Shown here: positions 47,401 through 57,127 of the stretch, in pieces | Numbering within the stretch: position 1 is the first letter of the stretch | Layout of the letters: each line of letters starts with the position of its first letter | From: Emiliania huxleyi CCMP1516 | Lineage: Eukaryota | Assembly (NCBI RefSeq): GCF_000372725.1 | Contig: NW_005201286.1 | Location: forward strand, 186,001-245,011 | Direction of reading: 5' to 3' | Length of the DNA: 59,011 bases | The notes under the pieces: generated by a model | What the model was told of the DNA's origin: nothing | What the model saw: only the letters and a program-made list of their open reading frames with translations | Databases searched by the model: none | Program-made: the position numbers and the translations under genes

Positions 47401-47501
47401 TCCCGCCCCTCCCGGCCCTGGCAAAATGATGTTTATGGAGGGTTAAAGTTTGCGGGGGGGACAGCTTTGGGCGGTCGACTTCAATTTTGGGGGGTTTACG
47501 G

Positions 47502-49365
47502 CCCTGTTCACGCGCGCGCGAGACGTGCAGACAGGGTTGCCAGGTGAGAGCGAATGGCGCGGTTCACGCCTCGCACAACAGAGAGAGAGATGCGCTCTGC
47601 ATGGTGGGACATAAAAGAAAGCGAGTACTTGGGCGAGCCCTGTTCACGCGCGCGCGAGACGTGCAGACAGGGTTGCCAGGTGAGAGCGAATGGCGCGGTT
47701 CACGCCTCGCACAACAGAGAGAGAGATGCGCTCTGAGGGCCCAACTTGAGAATCGTGCTGTGAGTTGGGTTGTTTCGTGTTGGGTTGGGTTGTGGTGGGG
47801 TTGGGTTGTTCCGCGTGAGGTTGGGTCGTCGGCGCGAAGGGTGAGGTCTCGACCGCCGCCGCTCACGCCAGCGGACGGCCACTGCCGGTGTTTTTGGCTT
47901 CGCCACCGTCCAAGGCGTGCGCCATGCGCTCGCCGGCATCGAGCGAGCAACGTGATCGACCGAGCGGCTTGCTGTGTGGCCGCCTTCTTGTGGCTCTCGT
48001 CGAGCGAGAGCGTTTTGCGTCCCGGCGGGTGGGAGAATGTGTGTCGTCTGAAGTGTCACTGTGTGCGTCACATCGATGTGGATAACAAGCACGGTCGATC
48101 CGTCACATCGATGTGGATAACAAGCACGGTCGATCCGTCAAAGCGATACACTCGTTCCTATCACGCTGGAAGGCTTGCACGGAGCTCTGTGCCGGCACAC
48201 AGAAGAGCCGTGCGGCAAGAAGAGCTCGATGGGGAGCGAGAACCGTCAGATTTTCAGGTGTAGCCTGAAGTCCGTCGCGACGCACTCAATCCCTCCCGAG
48301 CGAAAGCCTGTGGCTCTCTCGAACTCGTCGATATATTGCGAATAAACTGCTCTTCCCGCATAGCTTGCAGAGTCAGAGGCGCAGAAAGGCTACGAGTGTT
48401 CCACGAGTCTTGCGAGCTGCGCGGTCAAACCTTGGGGGAACTGAACGCATCAAGGCGGACTTCCGAAACCTGGGTGAGCACCTCTGGCAGTTCTCGCTCC
48501 CCATCGAGCTCTTCTTGCCGCACGGCTCTTCTGTGTGCCGGCACAGAGCTCCGTGCAAGCCTTCCAGCGTGATAGGAACGAGTGTATCGCTTTGACGGAT
48601 CGACCGTGCTTGTTATCCACATCGATGTGACGCACACAGTGACACATCAACGACACACATTCTCCCACCCGCCGGGACGCAAAACGCTCTCGACGAGAGC
48701 CACAAGAAGGCGGCCACACAGCAAGCCGCTCGGTCGATCACGTTGCTCGCTCGATGCCGGCGAGCGCATGGCGCACGCCTTGGACGGTGGCGAAGCCAAA
48801 AACACCGGCAGTGGCCGTCCGCTGGCGTGAGCGGCGGCGGTCGAGACCTCACCCTTCGCGCCGACGACCCAACCTCACGCGGAACAACCCAACCCAACCC
48901 AACAACCCAACCCAACCCAAAAAGCACGATTCTCAAGTTGGGCCCTCGCTCTGCATGGTGGGACATAAAAGAGAGCGAGTACTTGGGCGAGTAGGCCGTG
49001 CGGTCGACGCTGCCGCGCGCGACTTTGCGCGCGAGGCGGCGCAGCTTGAGAACGGCGGTGGGCGAGAAGCCGCCGCCGAACGTCTCGTGGAGCAGCAGGT
49101 TGAAGTTGTTGCGCTTGACAAAGATCGCGTCGTGGTAGAAACCGCGATGCGCCTTGACGTAGCCGTGGCCGTTCTTGTGGTCGAAGGGTTGGCCGGGCTG
49201 CCCGCGCGCCTTGCAGCCCATGTTTAGGCGGCGGGCCTTCTCTTCGGTGTTGCCGAAGGCGTAGGAGTGGCCAACGGAGGCGGGCGTGCCGCCGCTCGAG
49301 GCGTTGCCAACGCCCGCCGAGGAGGTCTTGAGGAGGGGCGTCCAGAGCTTGACTTCATTCACCTC
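47502..49365 (-). mobile_element. 3' fragment of a restriction-like-endonuclease (CRE-like) non-LTR retrotransposon ORF, interrupted by a foldback element
   Basis: EVK...FYHDA...LLLHETFGGGFSPTAVLKLRRLA...SFMSHHAERISLSVVRG reads through once 47735-48952 is removed. The last ~135 bp is tandemly duplicated. Confidence 0.65.
47735..48947. mobile_element. Foldback element copy 2, 5-bp TSD GCTCT
   Basis: GAGGGCCCAACTTGAGAATCGTGCT ends. The empty site ATGCGCTCTGCATGG is visible at ~47590-47604. The spacer is opposite in orientation to copy 1. Confidence 0.9.
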
Positions 49366-49431
49366 ATTAGAGGGGATTGTAGAGGGGATGGATGACGTAC
49401 GACAGCGAGCAAATTCTTTTCCTGCCGACCC

Positions 49432-50339
49432 CAGGGTTCCGGCTCCTACCCAGATAGGGGGTCTGTTCCCCACGGTTAGACCCTATGCAATAGGTAGGTA
49501 GGTCCGGTTTTGACCGCCCCAGAGGGCCCCGCAATAGGTAGGTAGGTGGTGGTGTGTGTGTGTCAGGCAGGTGTGTGTGGGGGGGCGGGGGGGGGGGGGG
49601 GGGACCGCTTCGCTCGCACGGGTTAGGCTGAACAAGCTTTTCCTCTCGCACCCCGTCTCTTTTCCTTTCCTTTTTTCTCTACAGCACCCTCTTTTTCCCT
49701 CTCTGTTTTCCCGGGGAAACCATCAAATTTTCCGGGCTCTGAGCCGAGTCTGAGGCTGGTTTGGGCCCAAAATCAGCCAAATCGGCAAAATACCGGGGAT
49801 TTTGCGGGTATACCTGGAAAACCCCGGGTAATACCTGGAAAATACCCTGCGACCGCCTGGGTATCGTGCCGATTTCCTCAATTTTGCCTCAGATTTTGCC
49901 CCAGACCAGCTCTCAGACTCAGGGAAACTCGCGAGTTTCCAGAATGGAGCACCAAACACCCTCTGTTTTCCCTGGAAATTTCCGGAAACGCAAAGTGCTG
50001 GGGACCCTCTGAGCTCTGTTTTCCTTTTTGTTTGCCGGAAAAGCTTGTGCAGGCCAACGCACGGGAGACGGCGCGTTTAGCCGCGAACAGGGCCGTCCGA
50101 CGCCTCGCCACGGGCTCGCGAGCGGCGCGCACCGCGGTACCTGCAGGGTACAAGCCGGCTGGGAGCCTATTCACAGACAGAGGGCTAACGGGTATTTTTT
50201 CGCTTCGCTGCGCGGCCTGGGAATAGGTAGGTAGGTGGGGCACGGAGCCTGGCGATTGGCGCCCGCAATAGGTAGGTAGGTAGGGCGTTTTGGTGCGAGT
50301 CGGTGCAGACCCCCTATCTGCGTAGGAGCCCGAACCCTG
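49432..50339. mobile_element. Non-autonomous TIR element with 34-bp CAGGG TIRs
   Basis: 49432-49465 versus 50306-50339 gives a 32/34 inverted match. Internal AATAGGTAGGTAGGT motifs. Contains 49520-50011, related to 50-848. No TSD. Confidence 0.75.
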
Positions 50340-50393
50340 TGGTGTGACGTGTGAGGCGCTGCCTGACACCACCGCACACCCCGTGCCAAGACG

Positions 50394-53281
50394 ATGGCGA
50401 CCCAGCCGTCCGAGGCGGCCGGCGGCACGTCGGCGTCCAAGCCGGCGGCGAGCAAGCCGACGGCCGGGCGGCAGCGCGGCGCTCAGGAGATGCTGACGGC
50501 GGCGGCCGTCGCCGTCGCCGCCTTCCTCATGCCGTCGGAGGACGCGAGCGCCATCTTCCGGGTGGTGTCTGCGATCCTGGCGCTGGCGGCGCTCTTCGCC
50601 GCGTCGGTGTGCCTCGAGCTCTACCAGGAGTCCAAGGCCAAGCAGGAGGCCAAGGCTGGCAAGAACATGTTTGAGGTGCAGACGATGCGGCTCGAGCTGC
50701 CGCCCAAGCCGCCGGGCGGAGTGTTTGGCGCGGCGCGCGGGATGCCCGAGCTGCTCAAGGGGTACCCGGTGACGACGGCGACCGAGGTCAAGCTGCTCGA
50801 CCACGGCTTCCTCCTCACCTCCGCCACGCCGGACGGCACCCGCCGGCTGCGCGTGCGGCTGCTCGGAGGCGACGCCGTCGGCGGCCGAGAGTAGATGGAG
50901 CACGCGCGTCCGCCTCTCTCGGCCTGGCTAGGCGGGCCACGCTTTTGGGACACGCAGCGCTCCGGGCCGCGCGCCCCCCCTCTCCGCACCGCACTCTCCG
51001 ACGCCCCTCGATCCGGCGCAGAGGGCTCTAGCCGCGCCGCCCCCTCTGCCCCGGTGCGCAGGTTGGGAGACGGGAGGAGAAGCGTGGGAGGAGCAGCGGA
51101 GGCGGTGGATCGAGGCGGTGCGCGCGGCGCCGCGGGTGGCCGAGGTGGCCCGCATCGGCTGGCGCGACGTTCCCTCCTTCGGCGCCGCCGCCTCGCCGCG
51201 CGCTGTCGGCGGCGGCGAGGGCGGCTGCGGCGGCGGCGAGGGCGAGCAGCTGCAGACACTTCGTAGACACTTCGTAGACACTTCGAGGACACTTCCTAGG
51301 CGAGGGCGAGCAGCGGCTGCAGACGGGGGCGGTGGTGCGGGTGGGAGGGGTGGTGTCGAAGCCGGAGCTGAACGGCAAGTTCGGGACGGTGCTGCGCGCG
51401 GCCAACGAGGCGGGTAGGCTCGGCGTGCGCTTGGAGGGCGGAAAGGAGAGCAAATCTCAACCTTTTGCCCAGCAGCCGGAGACCTCGAGCTGGTTCCTAA
51501 CCAGCGGGAGGAGTGATCCGTCAGGAGCCAATCTCCCTCCACGCGAGGAACGTGTCTCCGCTCCCGCCGCTCGACACCCTCGGCGCGGAGGCGGTGGCGG
51601 CGGCGGCGTCTCTCGCCCCTCCCCTCCGGACCTTTGCTCTGCCTCTGGCCTGCAGGTGTCTCGGTGGCGGCGCTGCGCTCCTTCTCGTCGGCGCACGCGC
51701 ACCTCGTCAGCGGGCTGACGGTGGCGGAGGCGAGATGCAGCCGAGAGATAGCCGAGATGCAGCCGAGAGATAGCCGAGATGTTGCCGAGAGATAGCCGAG
51801 ATGTTGCCGAGAGATAGCCGAGATGCAGCCGAGAGATAGCCGAGATGTTGCCGAGAGATAGCCGAGATGCAGCCGAGAGGCAGCCGAGAGAGAGCCGAGG
51901 CGGAGCCGAGGCGGAGCCGAGGCGGAGCCGAGACCAGGCGAGGCACGCCATCGTCGAGCCGCTCACCTGCGAGTGCGGCCTCTCGCTCGCCCGCGCGCTG
52001 CACAGGCGCCACGGCCACTGCCTCCCCCGCCCAAGACGCGACCCCAGCCGACAGGCAAGCCCGGCGCGTGTGCAGGCTCGGGGCGGAGGACGAGGCGGGG
52101 CGGCCCCTCGCGGCGCCGGCGACTCTCTTCCTCATCGCCGCCGACGCGGAGCCTCTCGACGCCGTCCTCGCGGCGGCGGAGCGACACGCCGCCTCCACCG
52201 ACAGCCCCGGCGACGCGGCCCCGTGGCTGGTGGTCGGGTCCCGCCTCCTCTTCTCCAGCGGCCGGCCCTTTCGTTGCGCTAGGCGACGCGTACCTGTGGC
52301 TGTCTCCGTTTTGCACAAACTTCCACGCGCCGCCCGCCGAGGCGTGGCCTCTCTCGTGGTGGCAAGGCCCGTTCCGGGAGGGCGTCAAGAGCATCGGGAA
52401 GGCGCGGCGCGCTCTGACCGAGAGCAGCGGGGGGAGGGGCGTCGGGATGAGCGCGGCGTGGGAGCGAGGAATAGGCGGCGGTGCTCTTCCAGCCGTGGGA
52501 GGAGCCGCGCGCACTCACGCACGGATGGTGCGTCTGGCAGCTGCACACCGCCCTCGCCGCCGAGGTGCGAGATATGGGGAGATATGGAGAGAGATGTGTC
52601 CACCGCCCTCGCCGCCGAGGTGGGTCCTCCCTCCTGTCCGCCCGCTCGACCAGCGCACGCTGGCGACACGTCCGAGACACGTCCGAGACACGTCCGAGAC
52701 ACGTCCGAGACACGTCCGAGACACGTCCGAGACACGTCCGAGACACGTCGCTGCTCAGGTGCCGCTCTCAGTGGTCTGCTCCGAGGCGGAGGCGGCGCGG
52801 CTGCGCGAGGCGCCGAGACTCGCCGAGATTCGCCGAGATTCGCCGAGATTCAGCCAGAGAGAGGGAGAGGAGAGAGAGAGAAAAAAGTCGCGGCTGCCCG
52901 CGGCGTGGCGGACGAATGCGCGTCCCTGACGCGTCCCTGACACGTCCCCACTCCTCCCAGGCGCTGCTCGGGCGGATGGACGAAGTTGTGTCGGCGTGGG
53001 ACCGAAAGGCGGAGGGCGGCTGGCGCAAGGCGGAGGCACTTCCTAGACATTTCCTAGACACTTCCTAGACACTTCCTAGGCGGAGGGCGGCTGGCGCAAG
53101 GCCGAGGCGGGCTGCAGCGCAGAGGACCTCAGGGCCAAGGTCGAGCGCGGCATCGACCGCGGCTGGGAGGGCGGCGGCGACGAGTTTGGCTCGCGCCTCA
53201 TCCAGGCCATCCACAAGTGGCTGCTGGGAGAGGCGCGGGGAGCAGCCACCCGCCAGCAGCCACCCGTCACCAGACACCCGT

Positions 53282-53321
<40 letters not shown>

Positions 53322-55743
53322 TGGCGTCTCAGCCACCAGTCAGCTAGTCCAACCTCCCCCTAACCGCAGGCGCGCGCGGCCCTCGACGAGATGCCGACAG
53401 AGGAGCGCGGCCTCTCGCGGCTGCTCGAGCGGGTCGCCTCGCTGCTGCAGGCCTGCTCGCCCGCCTCGGCTCCGTGGATGGCGGCGGGGGCACCCGCCTG
53501 GTCCGTGGAGAGGGGTCACCGCCCCTGGCCCTCGCCGCTGCAGGAGCATGGCGAGCTGGAGGCGGCCGAGCCGCTGCTGCGTGAGCAGTACGAGGCTCGC
53601 CGCGCGGCGCTCGGCCTCAAGCACGCCGACACTCTCGACGGCGTCAACAACCTGGCGCTGCTGCTGCACCAGCAAGGCAAGCTCGAGGAGGCGGAGCCGT
53701 TCTCTCGCCTGAAGCTCGAGGGCTGCCGCGAGGCGCGAGGCGACAACCACCCCGACACCGTCACCGCGCTCGACACCCTCTCGCAGCTGCTCTCCGACAT
53801 CGGCCAGCCCGACGAGCGCCTCGCCACGGCCCCTCCCGGGCCTTTCCCCGTGACGCCTCTCCTCGAGCCCCTCCTCCAGGCAAGCTCGACGAGGCGCTGC
53901 CGCTAAAGCGCGAGTCCCTCGCCGTCAAGCGGCAGGCGCACCTCCCTCCCCTCGGCCGCTCCCTCCCCTCGGCCGCTCCCTCCGACAGCTCGGCCACGTC
54001 CGTGCCACGTCCATGACACGTCCATGCCATGCCCCAGGTGCTCGGCGACCGGCACCCGGACACGCTCCTCTCGGTCAACAACCTCGCGGCGCCGCCCTCT
54101 CGCCTCGGCCGCCCTCGCGAGGCTCGCCCAAGGTCGAGCCGAGGCTCGCCCGAGAGTAGGTGCTGCTCTCCGACCTCGGCCGCTCGAGCGGCAACACAAA
54201 CATGTTGCGCGAGGCGGAGCCGCTCAAGCGGGAGGCGCTGGCGGGCTGCCGCGAGGTGCTTGGCAACCGGCACCCGCACACGCTCGCCTCCATCTCCAAC
54301 CTCGCGGACATGCTCATGCAGCTCGGCCACCTCGACCCGCGCGCCTTCGAGGAGGCGGAGCCGCTCTGCCGCGAGGCGCGAGCCACCCCTGACCCTCCCT
54401 GACACCTCCCGGACACCTCCCGGACACCTCCCGGACACCTCCCAGACACCTCCCGGACACCTCCCAACTCACGGGGTGCAGCCGGGATGTGCCCACCTCA
54501 CACGGCCAGTGCTCTCCGCGAAGTTTCCGTGAGCCTTCCGGGAGCGGTGCTGCAGGCGCTGGCTGGCTCGCGGGAGGTGCTCGGCGACGGCCACCCCGAC
54601 ACGCTCAAGTGCGCCGGCAACCTCGCCGCGTGCTTGGTCGACGTCTCAAAGTACATCCAGGACGAGGCGGCGCACTTGCAAGAAGCTTCTCTGAAGCTTG
54701 GTGGAGCCTTCCTGTAGGTACATCCAGGACGAGGCGGCGCACTTGCGCTGCTTGCGCGAGGCGGAGCCACTCTACGCCAACGCGGCCGCCGGCTTTGCGC
54801 GCGGGCTCGGCTCGACGCACCCGTCGACTCTCTCGTACGTCTCGGAGCGCGCGCGCGTGCTGATGGACTTGGGCCGCGCCTCCGAGGCGGAGGAGATACA
54901 GCGCGACTCCGTCTCCGCCTGCCGCGCGGCGCTGGGAGACTCGCACCCCGAGACCCTCATCGGCGCGCCGCCCTCCGCCCTCCGCCCACCCGCCAGCCGC
55001 CCTCCGCCCTCCGCCCTCCGCCCACCCGCCAGCCGCCCGCTGACCACTGCCCCCGCCCCCCCGTCGCGGCGCGGCAGGCATCACGCACCTCGCGGGCGTG
55101 CTGCGCGCGCAGGAGAAGCTCGCCGAGGCGGAGCCACTCGCGCGGGAGGCGGAGATGAGCAGAGATGCGCCGAGATGCGTTGGGACGAGCCGAGATGCGT
55201 CGAGAGGAGTCGAGAGGAGTCGAGTTGAGAACCCCCTCCCCAACTTAGACTGCGTGCGTGTAGACGCCCCCCCGCCCCCCCTCCTCCTCTCTCGCCCAGG
55301 TGCTCGCCGCGTGGCGCTCGCACGAGGCGGGCGACAAGGTGCCTCGCAACACGCTCACCTCGCTCAACATCCTCTGCGACCTTCTCCACTCGCAGGGCAA
55401 GGACGCCGAGGCGGAGCCGCTCGCGCGCGAGGCGCAGGCGGGCTTCCTCGGCGCGCTCGGCCCGCAGCACCCCTTCACGCTCTCGTCGGTCGACCTGCTC
55501 GCCGCCATCCTGGTCGGCGTCGGGCGGCGGGCGGAGGGCGAGGCGCTGGTGGCGCAGTTCAAGTTCGACGAGGAGGGCGGCATGTCGCCGGGCGGCAAGG
55601 GCGGCGGCAAGGGCGGCGGCAAGGGCGGCAAGGGGAAGGCCGCCAAGGCCAAGGGCGGCAGCAGCAGCGGGCGGGGCAGCGCCAAGAAGAGCAAGGGGAA
55701 GGCGAACGGCGGCACGGCTCTCCCGATCGAGGAGGTGGACTAG
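50394..55743 (+). CDS. Intron-rich gene: TM segments, PH-like region, PELNG module, HET-like domain, kinesin-light-chain-type TPRs, C-terminal IEEVD
   Basis: Exon translations include EEQRRRWIEAVRAA, VRVGGVVSKPELNGKFG, YLWLSPFC...FQPWEEPRALTHGWCVWQ, repeated AEPLxRE...LGxxHPxTL..NNLA, and GGTALPIEEVD-stop. A single-gene model is inferred. Confidence 0.7.
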
Positions 55744-56043
55744 CGCGGCCGGGGCGTGGAGGCGTGGAGGCGCGTGGAGGTTGCCACGACGGCCGTTCAA
55801 GGGATCTGGGCTGAGGGACCAGCGGGCGCATCACGCGCGGCGTTCACTCTCCGTTTCTCTAGTAGCCGAACGCGCGAGATGGCCGATGGCGCGGGGCCCG
55901 ACACGACCTGGATGTGTGCGTGATTTCTCTCTCTCCGACCTGTCTCATATCTCTGACTCTCTGTTGCGTGGCGCGGGATTATGATATATAAGCCACAGAC
56001 AATGAGAGTATATGAAAAAGCCAGAGAGCCACCGCGAGCTGCG

Positions 56044-56943
56044 CTACCCTGGTCGGGGCTCGTACAGGACTGTCACCTCCCTCACATCCGCCTCCCCCTC
56101 GGCAAGCGTCGAGGCGGCTGGCTTCTGCAGCCTGACTGCGTAGGCCTGCGTGTTTTTCGGGTGGCTGTAGCCGCAAGGCAGCACTCCGAGCCTCAAGTAG
56201 TTGCCGTGCGTCACCACGGCCACCGTCGTCTCATCTCCGTGCGCCGCGTAGAGCTGCTGCACCTCGGGATGCTCCCACAGCCAGGCGACGAACGCCTCCC
56301 ACTCGCCCGGGCCGACGGCGTCGTTGGAGCCGCCGACGTACGACCAGTCGAACTGCTCGTCGACGTCGAATCCAGCGCCGGCGAGGGCGGCACGCTGCTC
56401 ATCGCGAGGCAGCGGGCAGGAGCCGGGGGAGAGAAAGTCAGAGTCAAAGTACTTGTGTTCGGAGAGGAACGGCGCGACCGTGACACGCGTGCCAAAGGCG
56501 ACCGCCGCAGTCTCCATGGCGCGCATCAGATATGACGAGAGGACGAGGTGCGGAGCGACGCCGAGCGCTGTGAGCGCGGCTGCGGCGGCCTCCGCCTCCG
56601 CCATGCCTTTTTTGGTAAGCATCGGGTCGCGCTTCATCCGCAGAAGCACCTTATTCCACCACGGCAGCTCGTTGTTCTCGGACTGAGCGTGCCGCATGAG
56701 GATGAGGTTCATCCTCCCGCCAGAGGGCGGCAGCGCCGAGGCTCCGTCGTCGCAGAACGGACCGATGCGCTGAGCGTCGAGGACAGCGAAGAGCGCGAGC
56801 AGCATGAGGAGGAGACTTCCCCACTTGACGAGACGACGAGGCAGGGCGGTGCTGGATGTGCACGCGCCGTGACTGGAGGAGGCCTCGCGCGCCTTGTCGG
56901 CCGACTCCGGCGAGAGCAGGGATGGCGTGGGCGCGTCGATCAT
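56044..56943 (-). CDS. Histidine phosphatase (phosphoglycerate mutase-like) family protein with TM anchor
   Basis: LILMRHAQS, DPMLTKKG, SSYLMRAMETA and VVTHG. Confidence 0.85.
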   Translation of the reverse strand: MIDAPTPSLLSPESADKAREASSSHGACTSSTALPRRLVKWGSLLLMLLALFAVLDAQRIGPFCDDGASALPPSGGRMNLILMRHAQSENNELPWWNKVLLRMKRDPMLTKKGMAEAEAAAAALTALGVAPHLVLSSYLMRAMETAAVAFGTRVTVAPFLSEHKYFDSDFLSPGSCPLPRDEQRAALAGAGFDVDEQFDWSYVGGSNDAVGPGEWEAFVAWLWEHPEVQQLYAAHGDETTVAVVTHGNYLRLGVLPCGYSHPKNTQAYAVRLQKPAASTLAEGEADVREVTVLYEPRPG

Positions 56944-57127
56944 CTCCCTCGCGAAAACAGAAGAGTGCGCGTGAATATACCCGGGTACGACACGACGCGC
57001 CCCCGCACACATGCTCTCACACCCCGCCGCACACCGCGCGGGCTGATCGACTCCAACAAGCTCCTCACTTTCTTCGATTAGTGCAGCTGAGCCACTAAAC
57101 GGCCCGCTGTCAGAGCCCCCCGATACC

